A model generated the notes under the pieces. That model was not told where the DNA came from. It was given only the letters and a program-made list of their open reading frames with translations, and ran no database searches. Positions 37,010 to 51,461 of a stretch of DNA of 64,000 nt are shown here, piece by piece. The translations under genes were made by a program, and so were the position numbers. Every line of letters starts with the position of its first letter. The stretch's first letter is position 1. Source of the stretch: Eledone cirrhosa (lineage: Eukaryota). Location: NCBI GenBank assembly GCA_964016885.1, contig OZ024740.1, forward strand, positions 195,982,001 to 196,046,000. The letters run 5' to 3'.

Positions 37010-40000
37010 GTGGTCTTCAGGCTATTGGAGAACTTCTGCAGGTGGATCATGAGGTCCATGGCAACACTACTGAGCAGTATAACATTACAATGCGGCGCTA
37101 TGCTTGCATGGCTTTGACTAATTTGACATTCGGTGATGGAACAAATAAAGCTCTACTGTGTTCCATGAGAGGTGTTATGGATGCTCTAATTGCACAGTTG
37201 CACTCTAGCAATGAAGACTTGTGTCAAGTTGCTGCAAGTGTTCTCAGAAATTTATCATGGCGAGCTGACCTTGCCAGTAAGAAAACACTACGTGAGGTTG
37301 GTGGTGTTACAACATTAATGAAGGCAGCAATGCGTGTGAAAAAAGAATCAACTCTTAAAAGTATATTGAGTGCACTTTGGAACCTCTCTGCTCATTGCAG
37401 TGAAAATAAAGCTGATCTCTGCGCTGTTGAGGGTGCAGTTGAGTTCTTAGTAAGCACATTGACTTATAAAAGCACCTCAAAAACTTTAGCCATCATTGAA
37501 AATGGTGGGGGTGTTCTCAGAAATGTGTCCAGCCACATTGCTGTCAGGGAGGATTACAGGAGACTCCTCCGGCAACACGGCTGTCTGCAGATTCTCTTGA
37601 AACATTTACGGTCTCCGAGTCTTACAATTGTCAGTAATGCCTGTGGTACACTTTGGAATTTATCAGCACGTTGTCCTGAAGATCAACGGGCCTTGTGGGA
37701 TATGGGAGCAGTTAGCATGCTCAGAAACTTAGTGCATTCAAAGCACAGAATGATCTCAATGGGCAGTGCTGCAGCCTTAAAAAACCTTCTTGGTGCCAAA
37801 CCAGCATCTTTAAACTTTGATTCTGATAAACATGTTAAATCCAACATGCCAACATTACATGCAAGGAAACAAAGGGCAATTGAGGCTGAAATTGATCAAA
37901 ATTTATCTGAGACTTGTGAAAATATGGAAAGTCCAAGAAACAGTCCAACAGAGAGTCGGAAGCAAGACACTGACTCTCCACATTATCTTTATTCATCTGG
38001 CTATCAGTTATCTGACTTAGACAGTCGAAGAGCTTTCTTGAAAACACACATGTTTATGAGGACAGGAAGTGGGGATGGTGCAATGCTATTTGATAGTCGG
38101 ACACGATCTCCTCATAGAGTTACACGATCTGGCAGTCAAGACAGTGTAGGGAGTGTGCACTCTGATATATCACATGATCGGGCTAGGGTTCATCACATGC
38201 TTGCTAAGAGCTCCAAGCTACTATATGAACGTCAAGGTTCTGTTCTTGAAAAAAGAAGAGATTCTAGTCTGACTCGATTAACCCAAGAGGGAAGTGCAGG
38301 TAGCCTGGAGAAATTACGAAATGCGCCCCAACACATGCTGGAAAATGAAGATGGGGTTTGTGATGAAACCGTTAACTATAGTAACAAATATGTTGATCAT
38401 ACTACTCAAAACTGTTTGGATCCTGCTAAGCAGAACTGTTTGGATCCAAGTAAACAGAATAATTGTCCTGTGAAGTTGGCCAACTTTGCTGGTAATCCTT
38501 CGTCTTACAGTGCACAACAACGGATGTACATGTATGTTGTTCCCAATCAATATTCCCATAAGACTTACACAGACAGACAGATTTATAATGATAGGATTAC
38601 TAATCCTTCCAGTAATAAAAACAATTCTGAACCGTTGATATCATCGTATGGAGTTTATGCTGAGACTGATCTGGACAACATTGACCAACTCGACCAACCA
38701 ACAGATTATGGTAAACGCTATGCTGAATACACTGATGACCAATGCACAGACAGGCCAATAAATTATGTATCGCGCTACAATGATTCTGACCCCAACTGTG
38801 CAGATTGTCGCCTTGAAGAAGCTAGACGAACAAACGAGAGAGTTGAGCAAAGAGTTCACACAGTTCACGATGACTCACTAAAAACATTTTGCACGGAAGG
38901 TACTCCACTGAATTATCTGTCAACTGCTACTTCTTTGACAGACTTGACTGGAAAACATGAAAAAGGGGAGATGCGAGAAGAACTAAAGAAAGACATTCTA
39001 GAATCATGTGCAGAAGATGAAATTAAAAATTACACGCTTGACTACCAAAACATTGAGAAAACTGTTAATAATAACAATAACAACAACACCACCACCAATA
39101 ATAACAAGAAGGTAAAACGTGGTTCAAATACTCATGTGAGTGGAATTCCAACATTTAGATCATCTATACAATGTGTTAAAGAATATGCTTCCTCAAAGGC
39201 ACCAACAGAAAACCCTATTGATGTAAACATACTGGAAGATCCATGTGAAGGAGCAGCTGACCAAATGAAAACCTATTGTGAAGAAGGCACACCTATCAGC
39301 TACTCACAAGTGAGCCCAATAAGCAGTCTTCATAGCAGTGAGGCTGGGGATCATGAAAACCTTCCCAGGACCAATGTATTAAAAAGTATTGAAGAAAATG
39401 AATGTAGTGAAGAGCTTCAGAAGACTACCAACTCTGAAAAGAATGGTTCTGACCACAATATAGAACGAAAATTACTAAGTGTGGATGATGCAGAGAAACC
39501 ATCAGAGTCAATTGAAGCATTGCCTGATGCAGGCTCTCCAAGTGATCGAGAACAGAAGACTGTTACTTTTGATGAAAACCACATGGTTGAAGAGACGCCA
39601 TTGATGTTTTCTAGGTGTAGCTCTCTAGGTTCATTAAGTAGCTTTGAGGCTCACTCTGTACACAGTTCTGTTGTTAGTGAATATAGCCGGCGAGCCAGTG
39701 AGGTTGTCTCTCCAAGTGAGCTACCTGACTCTCCCAGTGAAACTTTCCCACCTAGTCCTACACGAAAAAGAGCTGCTGAAAAATGTTCTAATGTCAATGA
39801 TCAGGACACTGAAGCTATGGAAGAGATGAAAGAATTTACTGATGAAGCCCCTGAAAGGGACTCAACAACTGCAGCTGGAGTAAAACCTACTTCAGGAACA
39901 TTGGCCGATGTACTGAAAGGTGAATTGATCTCTGATATTGGGAAAATGGATTCACCTACTGTCTATAATACAGAAGGTACTCCACCAAACTTTTCTGAAA

Positions 40001-43000
40001 CAACCAGTTTAAGTGCATTGACCTTCAGTGATGATGAACCTCAAATGATGGCTAAGAAAACACATATCAAGACAGCAATTAAGGATGGGAAGTCAGAGAA
40101 GATTTCTGAAAAAGAAGACAAAGAGAATTCTTCTATGTCAGAAGTGTCAGAAGGTGAAGAAGATATTCTGGCACAGTGTATTAGTTCAGCTATGCCAAGT
40201 AACTCAAGTAAAAAGATCCGAAGAAGCACCTCAGATAATGCACTAAAGAAAAAATCTGAATCATGGAAGACTGAAAGTGCCACTAGTAACAAGAGCAAAC
40301 TTCCTACCAAGTCTGTATCAAATGCTGCACGTACAAGCTATGGCTCTTTGAAACTGAAGAGCTGTCTTCGGTCTGTCTCTGTCTGCAAACAAGAGGAAGA
40401 CCTTCTCAATACTGATGCTGTCAAATCTTATGCCACTGAAGGAACCCCGCTGAACTTCTCTCGAACTACATCATTAAGTGATCTGAGTATTCTTACACAT
40501 GAAAATGCTTCATTAAAACCCACAGGATGTAAGCATGAAGAAGCTGAGGAGTCTGATAATAGTTCCGTTTGTGATGAAAATGACAAATTACTCTCGGAAG
40601 TTATTCAGTCTGCGAAACCAAAAGGAAAAGTTGGTCGCAAGCCAACAGTGATTGATCGAACTGCTGAGGGTTCGGAGAGTAAAGAAAAATTCCCTTTCCA
40701 AATTTCACCATTAAAGGAAAAAAAATGTCTTGGTATGAATCCAGATACAGTAAAGACATATGCAGTAGAAGGTACTCCGATCAACTTTTCTAATGCCACC
40801 TCTCTCAGTGATTTAACTATCGACTCTATTGATGGTCTTGACATAGGTTTTGTACAAAAGAATTCAAAATCAAAACCTGGAGATCCTAATTACACCATTC
40901 CAAATAAAGATGATTCTATATTTGCTTTAAATGCAGCTGTAGACTCCCCCAAACATTACATGATGGAAGGAACACCAATAACGTTCTCTCGGAACGACTC
41001 GCTTAGCTCACTTAGTTGTGATGATACAGAGGATCTGTCTCTTAGTCATCATCCTAGTGCAAAGCAAGGTAAGAACAAGTCCTCACCTTCTCTTGGACAA
41101 CGTTGGAAAGCAGATACTGGTCGAAAAGACTATCAACAATCCCCAAATGGCACTGCTGTTCCTGGTACAGAACTGGGTCGCCATGTAGTGGGACAATCTA
41201 GTGAAGAAATTCGACCAGCTTTAATGGACCCTGAAGGTTATCTTAGTGATGAAATACCAAAAGAATTTGCAATAGAAGACACACCAGATACTTATTCTCG
41301 CAATTCTTCAGCGGGCCCCTATAAAAACAAAGGTCAAAGAGAAAGTCCTTTGGCTAAAGTTTCTTCCACTAAACAAACAGGACCAGAGCTAGGTTTGCCT
41401 GACCAAAAGGCTTCATTTAAGGTGGAAGGTACTCCTTTATGTTTCTCTAGAAATAGCTCTCTGAGTTCACTGAGTATTGAATCAGTGACAAATGACTTTT
41501 CACTCACTGAAGAAGCTCTTCTTGAAGAATGTATTAATTCTGCTATGCCAAGAGGAGATAAGAGCAAGTCAGATAAAATAGGATCAACGAACTCTAGACT
41601 TCCTACATTAAATTCTCCTGGAGCGATTCCACAGTCAGACCAAGTTGAAAAAGAAAAGACATCTCCGTGTGTTTCAAGAAGTGAATCTTTGATGTCTCGT
41701 TCTTCAGAAGATTATAGCATGAAACATGTGAAGTCATCAATGGTACCCAATTTATCAAATGGTCAAGAAATGCTTGGCATTAATAGTAGCAACGGGATCA
41801 CAAATGCTAACAATGTTCAAAATGAAAGTTTACGCAAATCAACAAAATCCTGCAGTGATTTTTCCACAAATCCTGCTGTTGACGCCCGGCAAAGATTTGG
41901 CTGGTGTCGCTCAAAATCCCAAGACAGTGATGGATTTCTCAAACGCAAGAAGGACTACTCTAACCATGAGATTGCACAAGCTAACTCTCTCTCAAATCGG
42001 CCATTTCTTGGTCTGGGGGAGACAACTGAGCAAAATGATTCGGTTCCCAAAGATAACCGTTTGCTGGAAGAGAAGCAAAGATCGATGCAAGAAATTGAAA
42101 TGGTCAGCTCACTGCCACAGTCAATAGGTGCAGATTCAAATGGAAGCATTGAAAAGGTAGACAGCGAGAAATCAGATGCTGCTGATGACAGTCACAGTGA
42201 GATAAAACCAAGTAAAAGCCAAAGTGATAGTATTATGATGTCATCTTCTCCTGATGATATGAACTCTGATGAGACAAATGCTTCTGATGAGTTAGAACAT
42301 GAAGATATTCCAGAAATCAATTTGGCTGAAGAGCAAAGTAATAATGTAACTGATGAAGACAAGGACAGAAACTCTTTTGAGCATGAAATCTCTCCTGAAG
42401 AGGAACGAGCTCTTGAAGAGAATGCTAGTCTTGTTGTTTGTGAACTCATTACTAAAAGAGAGCTATCCAGTAGCACATTCGATGAGGATTCTTTAATTGA
42501 AAATGAGAGTATTTCACTAGTTTCAAATGACTACACATCTGATACAGCATCAGAGGTTTCAGTGACTTGGTCGAAGAATTCTGAAGACTTGAGTGAGTAT
42601 TCAACATCAACTTTATCTCATTCAGAAGCAAGTAGCAGACGGGCTCGTATTGTGAAGCCCTCTGGTCATCCTCAGCCTTTATCAGACAAATCTGATCAAG
42701 AAAGTAATAAATCAGTGAGAGGGCGACGAAAGCCTTTATACAGTCGTAAAAATCCAGTGACAACAACACCAGTAAAAGCACTGAATGCAAAACCCGATAA
42801 CTCTCGTGTTATTCGTCCAGCTTCTACTCGCCAACCAGGAGGTCCAGTAAAATCTAATCCAAATAGTCCTAAGAAAACTATAACTAAAACCACCAACGCT
42901 ACGCCATCTGAGGTTCCTGTAAACAAAGTAAACCCTCGAACCACAAATGTGCGACGTTCTTCTGGAGGTGGAGGAAGAAGCATGTCACCTGGAAGTCCTT

Positions 43001-45081
43001 TGAAGTCCCAAACCACCAAACAATCAGCTGGCTCAAAATTACCTGTAGTAAACAGTGAACGACCAGCACGAGACAGCAGCGTTAACCGAGGGGGTCAGTC
43101 TTCTCAAATTGAACGTCCCAAACCACCAATAAAGCAAGGAACTTTTACTAAAGAAACTCCACCATCCAGTGGCGACAAACAATCAGCCAGTGAATCTGAT
43201 AAAAATGAGAACAAGAGCGATATTGATACATCAACCGTGAAACTCCGAGAGAGGAAATCATCCTCTAGTCCAAGAAGCTCTGGAGGCTCTACAGGAAGCC
43301 AAAGGAATTCTGATACAACCCCTCCTGAATCATGGACAAAAGCATTAGGTTCATTTAACTTTTTAGTAGACACTTCACACGAACAAGGTTTTCATGCGCC
43401 TTTTGAACAAATTCAACGGCAAAGAAATTCTCGTGATGCTCCTCCAGCCCTTCGTCAATCAAACACTAATACAACCCCTACTAAAAATAGCCCCAGCAAA
43501 GTAACCTCACCCGTCGGTAAAGGTAGTCGCAATAATACACCAAGCAAGACTGGTATTGGAAGTCTGAAGAAAAACACTCCTTCAAATAGCCCTAAAAGTA
43601 ATGGGAGTAATTTGGATAAAAGTAGTAGTGGGTCAACAGGAACTTTACGCAAGACTAGCAGCAAAACAAGTTTGAAGAACTCAGACAGTAATGCTAGTCT
43701 CAAGAAAACTGATAGCAATGCTAGTCTCAAGAAAACTGATAGCAATGCTAGTCTCAAGAAAACTGATAGTAATGCTAGTCTTAAAAAAGCTAGCGACAAT
43801 TCTCGTCCTTCAACTCCAACAGGGAAGAGAGGCAGTTTAGGATTAAGCAAAAATCAAAGCATCTCTCCAGGAAATGCTCAGTCTAAAAAGTCTGAAACAA
43901 GTCCACCTTCTAAAGGAACTACACCGTCAGTTAATGAAAACCGTCGGTCATCCAATGCTGGCAAGAAACCGGTGGCCAGTAAGATTGCGAGCCTTTGGAA
44001 ACGGAACGAATCATCTAATGATTCTGCTTCCTCTCCAGAGTCCAAGCTTACCAAGCCACCTCGTCAGCAAAGGTCACATTCTACAGGAGGTGGACAACGT
44101 AGTCGTCTTGTTCCACCCCGAATTTCCAACAACAAAAAATCAGCCTCTCCACCTACAACACAGCAAGGTTTAAGTCGAACACATACATATGACAAACTAA
44201 GTTCATTTGCAGACAATTCTCCTGTTGTAACAGGAAAACTTAATGAAAATAATTCTTCAGTTGTGAAAGGGATTAGTCCTATAAGTAGTCCAAAAGAAAA
44301 TAAAAACATAGATAGTTTTTGTGAAGATATAACTTACACAATGACCAAAACAAATTCAGGTACCTGGAAAACCCAAAAGTCACGCTCTGAGGCCCAGAGT
44401 TTACCAGATGCCGATCAAACATGCAGAGTTCAAGAGAGAATGTCTGATTCTAAAAAGTCTCTAAATAGTATGACTTCTAATGAAAGCTGGAAAAACAACA
44501 ATTCATTGAGTGAACAACAAGAGTTTGATGGGAACAATGAAGATGTATGGGTGAAACGGAATGAAATGATAAAAGAAGCAGAGAACAAAATGTTACTTGA
44601 TAACAACTGCAGTGAAGTGAGAGAGACAGAAGAAAGAAAGGGCAGTACCCCTCAACAAGGGAACTGTGCTACCAAAATGCCTTTGCAAAACAAAACTGCT
44701 TCAAAAGAAACTGTGATAGACTCTTTGCCTTCTGAAGCCAAAGTTTGGAAATCTGAACTGATTTCTCCACAGAGTGAACTAAAGCGAGCGATATGCTCAG
44801 AAGTCCGAACTAGTCCAGCATGCTCAATATCTGCAGCTATTGTGTCGCCATTTAATTACACTCCCAGTGCCAAATCTCAAAACAATAACTTTGAACAAAA
44901 CAGAATCTTGGCAAAGACAGTCACAAATGGGAACAAACGATCCTCAATTCCATCTCCTTCAAAACATGCAACAAAAACTGAAATGTTGCTTGCACGGCGA
45001 CGACAAAACTTCATGACAAAAATGGAAGATGCTGGAGATGAAGATGAAACTAGGAGGGCTTGTCGCGTGACAACAGTGTAG
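37010..45081 (+). CDS. APC: APC terminal coding exon: armadillo repeats, 15-aa and 20-aa beta-catenin-binding repeats, SAMP repeats, basic region, PDZ-binding C-terminus
   Basis: TTTCAG acceptor at 37007-37009. Contains GGLQAIGELLQVD, RRYACMALTNLTFGD, LSALWNLSAHC, repeated EGTPxxFSxxxSLSxL, CIxSAMP, and ends VTTV* (human VTSV). Confidence 0.98.
43669..43790 (+). repeat. In-frame 27-bp tandem repeat (SLKKTDSNA) in the APC basic region
   Basis: agtctcaagaaaactgatagcaatgct x3 plus flanking variants. Confidence 0.9.
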
Positions 45082-48000
45082 TCATGTGGCAACCATGTAG
45101 CGGAATTGTAAAAATGGCGGAAATAAAAATAGGCAAATATTGACTAATGCAAATCATTGAACAACTTGATATGGTTGCAGTCAGAGAAAGTCTAAACAAT
45201 CAACAAATAGTTGTTATACAAAAATAAGTTTCTCTCACAAGCAATTGAAAACAAAGCTAAAAGTTTAGGTTGTACAATTTCATCGTGAAAAAAAACAAAA
45301 AAAAAAACATTAAAAAAAAATCTTATTTAAGAACATATTGGTCAAAATTTGACTAATGGTTTATTTATTATGTGCAATTGTTGTAAATTTTGTTCTCAAA
45401 AGCTGGCATTATTGTGCGCTATAGAGATACATTATGTATTAGAATAAGATATAGGTTTGCAACATTTTTTGTTGTCTATCCATATATCTCATCATATTTG
45501 GGAGCTTGAAATTTTGTTTACTGAATGCTAAATCTGAATGCAACATTTTGACAAAAAGCGTTTTTTTTTCCTTTGTTTTTGTTTTTTATATACATGTAAA
45601 ATCATTTTGGACATGTGGAGGGTTTAACTTCCCTTGCTACTAAAATTAAAGAAAAGAAAAACAAACAAAAATAAACAAACTGTACTGCATGTTGTGTGCT
45701 TACGAAAAAAAAAATCAGAAAAATTTCACCTTTTAGATTGTTGCTTAGAAGCACACATTGATTGTTCAAACACCTTGATGAGAGGATCAATATCAATGCT
45801 GGTAATTTATTCCATTAACTTTACAAACAGTTAAAGACTGAAAAGAAACAAAAACTGTTTGGAATTATTTGATTCTTTCTCAGACAAAAGGAAAAGGAGA
45901 AAAAAAATGTTCATAAATCTATTTTCTGATTTTGCATTTAATTTCATCTTGGTATGTGTAAACAAACTAAATATTGCCAATCTCATGGTGCTGCTTGAGT
46001 TTATATTTTATTTTATTTTATTTTTTTAGTGTTATGTAAACAAAAAACAAAAATCATCATTTCTGCTTTGTTAGTATTGTCAAACTTAAAAACGTCTTTT
46101 TTTTTATTTTGGGGAAAAAAAAACACCACTTATAATAATAAGAGTGAATATAATGTTTTCAATAGCTATTTAATTTGATTAAAACTGACAAATTAGATTT
46201 AATGCTCTATATCTTCCCAAGGTGTAATTATTTCATATAAGCACAACTCATTCACAATACAAACATTTATACACTGATGTCAATATTCTGTGTAGTCCAT
46301 CTTTGTCATAATCTCATTAATGAGCGCTAGTTAGTCTACTATTTCGTACTTATGACAACACAATCAATAACAACAAATTATAATATAGAAGTTTATAAAA
46401 TAAACTTGAAGGCATATAGCCCATTGGTTAGGGTGTCGGGTTCGCGAATGTAAGATCGTGAGTTGGATTCCTAGACTGTATGACACATCATGTCCTTGAA
46501 TAAGGCACTTCATTTCATGTTGCTCCAATTCACGCAACTGAAAATGAGTGCCAGCAGCAGCTAGGGATTACCTCTGCAATGGACGGCATCCTGTCCAGGG
46601 GAGAATCCTGTACTCTTCAGTTGCTTAACAGCCATGAAACTAGATTAAGCTCTGGCGTTCATTCAACCCATGCAAATATGGAAGATGATGATACAAAATG
46701 ACCTTTTTCGCATTTACTTTTGATTTTTACTATTTACAACCTATCAATTTCAGAATTATTTCGTCCTCTCGTCATCAAATAGTCCAACTGGTCCATTTTT
46801 CTCATGGCTAAAATTACAATTTCTTGTAAGGTCTCATTTAAAACCTTTTACTACAGCCAACAAGAAAGTCTCTGAGATAACTTGACCTGCTAGAATTAAT
46901 AGCTAAAACTCTTTCACACTGTGTCCTACTGTCTAAAATAAGATACATTAGACAGTGTAGTCCTGGGTACAATATTCCTGGAAAAATAACACTTGATGGT
47001 CATGGTTGGAATGCCTTTGACCTCGGGTCTGCTTAAGCAGAGATAACCTGGTGTCAAACAACACCAACCCTCTTACATTTTGAACAAAAATGAAAGTACT
47101 CATTTGAATGACTGACATTTTCTTTCCTTTTTTCTCTCTACTCATTACTCTTTTACATATTTATTTTGAAACAATTTCATTGTCAGTCACTGTGCAGATG
47201 ATCTTGTATCATCATATATATTAATGAGTGCTTATTGTAGGTTATTTCTTAAGACTTATCAATCAATTAATACCTTTCAGAGTTATCTAAAACTTGAATT
47301 TCTTTTAGCATGAAGATAAAGAAAACATTGAATATTTTTAACTTCTTTAACATCTCTCACAGGTTTATTGTGTTTTATTCTATAATCTGTCTATTTGCCA
47401 ACAAGGTGTTGACTGAAATAGCAGATTACTTCCTCAATGTGAATATATTCCATTATTCTCGTTGTGGGAGGGACTTGTCACTCCAAACAGGAGTAAATTC
47501 TTTTCCCTCACCTCCCCAAAAGAAAAATGCCCACATAAGAAATATCTGTTTCGCAGTTGTTCACAAATTATAGAACAACATATGATTAATCAGTCATTCA
47601 CTATTTTATTTATCTCGTGCAAAATGTGATAAATAGACATTTGCTTGACTTTTCATCATAAGAGGTATTGACCAATGGGGTGACAGTAACCCTATTGGTT
47701 TAGGGGGAGAGGGAAACGAGAGCTTTAATGTTCGTGCCTTTTTTAAAGGCTTTGGTGATGTAAGTGAAGTGAAACAGCTACTACTAGAAATTGAACTCAA
47801 GTAGTAGACTTGGCTTGCTGAGAGCTTGCCTTCTTCTCTTACAGCACTTACTACATTTTTTTTATAGAAATGTAGTTTAATTCTAACCATATCATTACTG
47901 TTTGTAATATTATCATTATTAATCATATTTGACTATATTATCACCAGTTTTGATATGGTTGGTACACAATTGCCCATGATAGAAGTTGAACTGGTCAAAT

Positions 48001-48092
48001 GTATTCACTGTATTAAGAAAGGTAGTTTTGAAAATATATCTTTTGAAATAAATGAAAGGTGAAAGAAAGAATGCAAATTGAATGCCAGTATT

Positions 48093-48280
48093 CAGGATGT
48101 TTCAAAAATTTGATATCAATGGCCAGTTCCCAAGATTGTCACATTAAAATATATATATAGTGAATAAGTGTTAAAATGTTGACAAATTTTGAGGAATAAA
48201 TCTTATGTTGCTCAACATTAAGCCACTTTGTAGTTTCTGGGATATTTACATCTCAAATGATAAATTTTTTAAACACCCTA
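48093..48280. mobile_element. Degenerate Tc1/mariner-like MITE
   Basis: Imperfect TIRs caggatgtttcaaaaattt ... aaattttttaaacacccta. Confidence 0.5.
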
Positions 48281-48585
48281 TATATCTGATATTTTAACTT
48301 AATCGAGCATTTTATGATTTTTTTTTTATTGCATAGAAATAAGACCTTATATTTTACAAGCTTTAATGTGAACAATCAAACTGCTACCATTTTGATTAAG
48401 GAAAATACATATTAAACAGTATAATCCTCTTACCCTTAAAAAAGGACATGATGGTTATGGCTAGTCATAATTTTGTGACCAGCTAATGCAGTGACCTAAT
48501 GAAGTCACATCAGTGAAAGAGACTTAGCAAGCAAAATTGTTAAACTAATTATTATTGGTTTTTCAACATTATTACTGCATTCCAC

Positions 48586-48732
48586 TTTTGGCACAAGGCC
48601 AGCAATTACCAAGGATGAAAGGCAAAGTTAATCCACCGAAGTTAACTTTGCTTTTCATCCTTACGGGATCGATAAAATAAAGTACCAGTAATGCACTGGA
48701 TAATTGCTGGCCTTGTGCCAAAAGTAGAAACA
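48586..48732. mobile_element. Fold-back SINE family 1 insertion with perfect 18-bp TSD
   Basis: TSD attattactgcattccac at 48568-48585 and 48733-48750; the interior holds the SINE 3' part in both orientations. Confidence 0.85.
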
Positions 48733-51363
48733 ATTATTACTGCATTCCACAGTTTATCCTGTATGCCTTATTACTAGCGTTAATATAATGAACAATCATT
48801 GTGTGTATGTATGTACATACTCACTGATGCACTCGCGTACATATATTGGAGGTGTAGAGCAGTGATTGTTACAGGGTGTGCTGAATGAACTACCCTGGCA
48901 TAAGTATTACAGAGAAACTTTAGGCTATTTCTATACAATAATACAACTCCAGTCTGGTTTCATTTTTATTTCCAATTGTGTATTATTAGATTTGAAAATA
49001 AATTATGGACAAACTCTATTAGGATACTGGAAAGACAGAATTGTTATAAAGAACCTTTACCATTTTGGTGAATGTACAGCACTCACCTAGCCCACCCAAA
49101 TATATCATCATCACCATCACAGTTTTGCATCCATTTTATGTCCATTTCCCACACTGGCATGGGTTGAATGAGTTGTCCTGTTCTGTGGCTAGACAGGTCA
49201 GATGATCACGTCCTGCTCATACATTCCAGTTTGGCATGGCTTCTATGGCTGGATGCCCTTCCTAACTTTATAGTGTGTACTGAGTGCATTTTAGTGAATA
49301 AGTAATAATGTTGAATATATTGAAATTATTAGTACAATATCTACTCTAATTATTATTTTGGGGTTTTTCACTTCCTTATAAATGTAACAGCAAAATAGAT
49401 CTGGACAACCAATTCTAAATATTAAAACCAACTGTTGTCAACAAAACTTTAAAGATATACTTACCATTCACTCTCAACTCAATACAGGATTTGAAATCAG
49501 TGAGCAAAATAAAAAAAATAATAATAAAATATTTATAATAAACTAAATGCTTTCTTTTTCAGGATATGAAATAATATTTCTATTTCTATTCTATAAAGTT
49601 GAGGAGCTTCTAACAAACAGAAATTCAATAATAGATTTGTCAGAAAAATAAACCAATAAATGAAATACATTCATAAGAATTTTATCACCATGTAACACAT
49701 CTGAATGAACAAGGAGGCTAATAATAGTGACCAAATCTCCTTAAAATTACAGCCCACTATCTTAAAAAAGAACATGTTGGGTAAGATGATTTTAAGTTCC
49801 TTGCACAGATGGAATGGTTACAACTGGAATGTCTTGGACCATAGGTCTGCTCAAATAGCAACCTCTAAATCATCAAAGAAGCATTTATATGGTCATTCAA
49901 CCTACTAGAAAAAGCAACCACTATACCCTTGTTTTAAAAGTTGAGGGACACATTATTGGACAATGTAGTCCAAGATACCTAATACCCAAAAGATGGTAGT
50001 CGTGATTGGAATGCCTTTAATCATAGGCCTTCTAAAACAGGGTTGACAATTGGCTAAACTACACTTAATGAATAGCAGCCAAATCTTCCTCAAATCACAA
50101 CCAACCATCCAAAAGAAATATGCTGGATAAGGTAGTCTTAGATACAGTGTGTATGAAAATAAAATATGGGATGATCATGACTGGAATATCTTTAATGATA
50201 GGCTTGCTTGATCAAGGCTGACCTGGAGCTAAAGAATTGCATCAGCCTCCACTGCTGAATCAATAAATGAATTAGTGATTTGATAGAACTGATCAATTTG
50301 TTTAATTCAACCATCTTTGACTTGGCAAAACTGATTTTAAAATGTCAAATTTACAAGATATTGGCTATATTCGTAATAATTAATTTATCAATCAATATTT
50401 TTCCAACTCTTTGTGTTCTGAGTTCAAATCCTGCCGTGGCTTACTTAATAGGTAGACTTTATTGCCCAGTTTAGCACCTCCATTTGGCCCTTGGGTGCCT
50501 TTAGTGGAGTCGACTTTATTGCAATCATTGGATTAGCTTGAGAATAACTCCCTCCACCTCTCCATCCCACCAGTCTGAGTAGCCCAATATAGGGTCACGG
50601 GCACAGCCCTTTCTTTCTTGACTAAACAACAAGCAAACTAAAAAAATCATTTTATTTAAATTTATTTATTTATCTTTCTCATACAAATGTGATAGTCAAT
50701 TGTTTGACTTTTCATAATCATAATCCTTGTTGACTTCAGTGAAGACAAAAAATTTATTGTTGTTCATGACTTTCTTAGGGTCATTGACAACTGTCCTGGC
50801 AGCTGGATTGGTGGAATTGTTAGAGCGACAGACAAGATACCATGCAGTATTTGTTCCAATGCTTTCTGTAATGTGTTCTTGGGTGATAGACTGAATTTGG
50901 TCCTTGGGTGCCTTTAGCAGAGTCTAATGTGTTATAAACATCAAGGCCAAATCTCTGGTTTGAGAATAACTTCCTTCTTACCAGTCTACAAGGCCCTAAA
51001 AAATAAGGGTCATGAGTGCTACCCTTCCCTCCCCAATGAAGTGGTTAAAAAAGAAAAAGTGTAATAGCTAGAGCGAGGAATCCAAATCAGGTCGTATCAG
51101 ACATTGTCAGGAGCATACCTCCTTCTATTCTCTATATATATATATCGATAAAATTATTCTATGTAAAACGGAGTAAGAATGAAAGCAGAGAGAAGAAAAA
51201 TAAAACATTGTTAATATCATTATATCCTCTATTGATGTGACATTTGACTAAGAAATTCTGATGTTTTAATAGTGATTTCTTTTGGTTAGGTACGTGTCAG
51301 ATTTAATAGGAATGGGGAAATTGAGATTGTGTAGCTTCCATGCTTTTCTTAAGAGTATGAGTT

Positions 51364-51396
<33 letters not shown>

Positions 51397-51429
51397 AATA
51401 AATATATGAATATGTATATATATATACAT

Positions 51430-51461
<32 letters not shown>

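Noticed and set aside
40609-40620. A-to-I editing restoring SAMP from SAKP
   Set aside because: The codon AAA cannot become ATG by A-to-G changes.
39644-45092. Antisense and alternate-frame ORFs overlapping APC
   Set aside because: Short by-products of the Ser/Glu/Lys-rich coding strand with no recognisable motifs.
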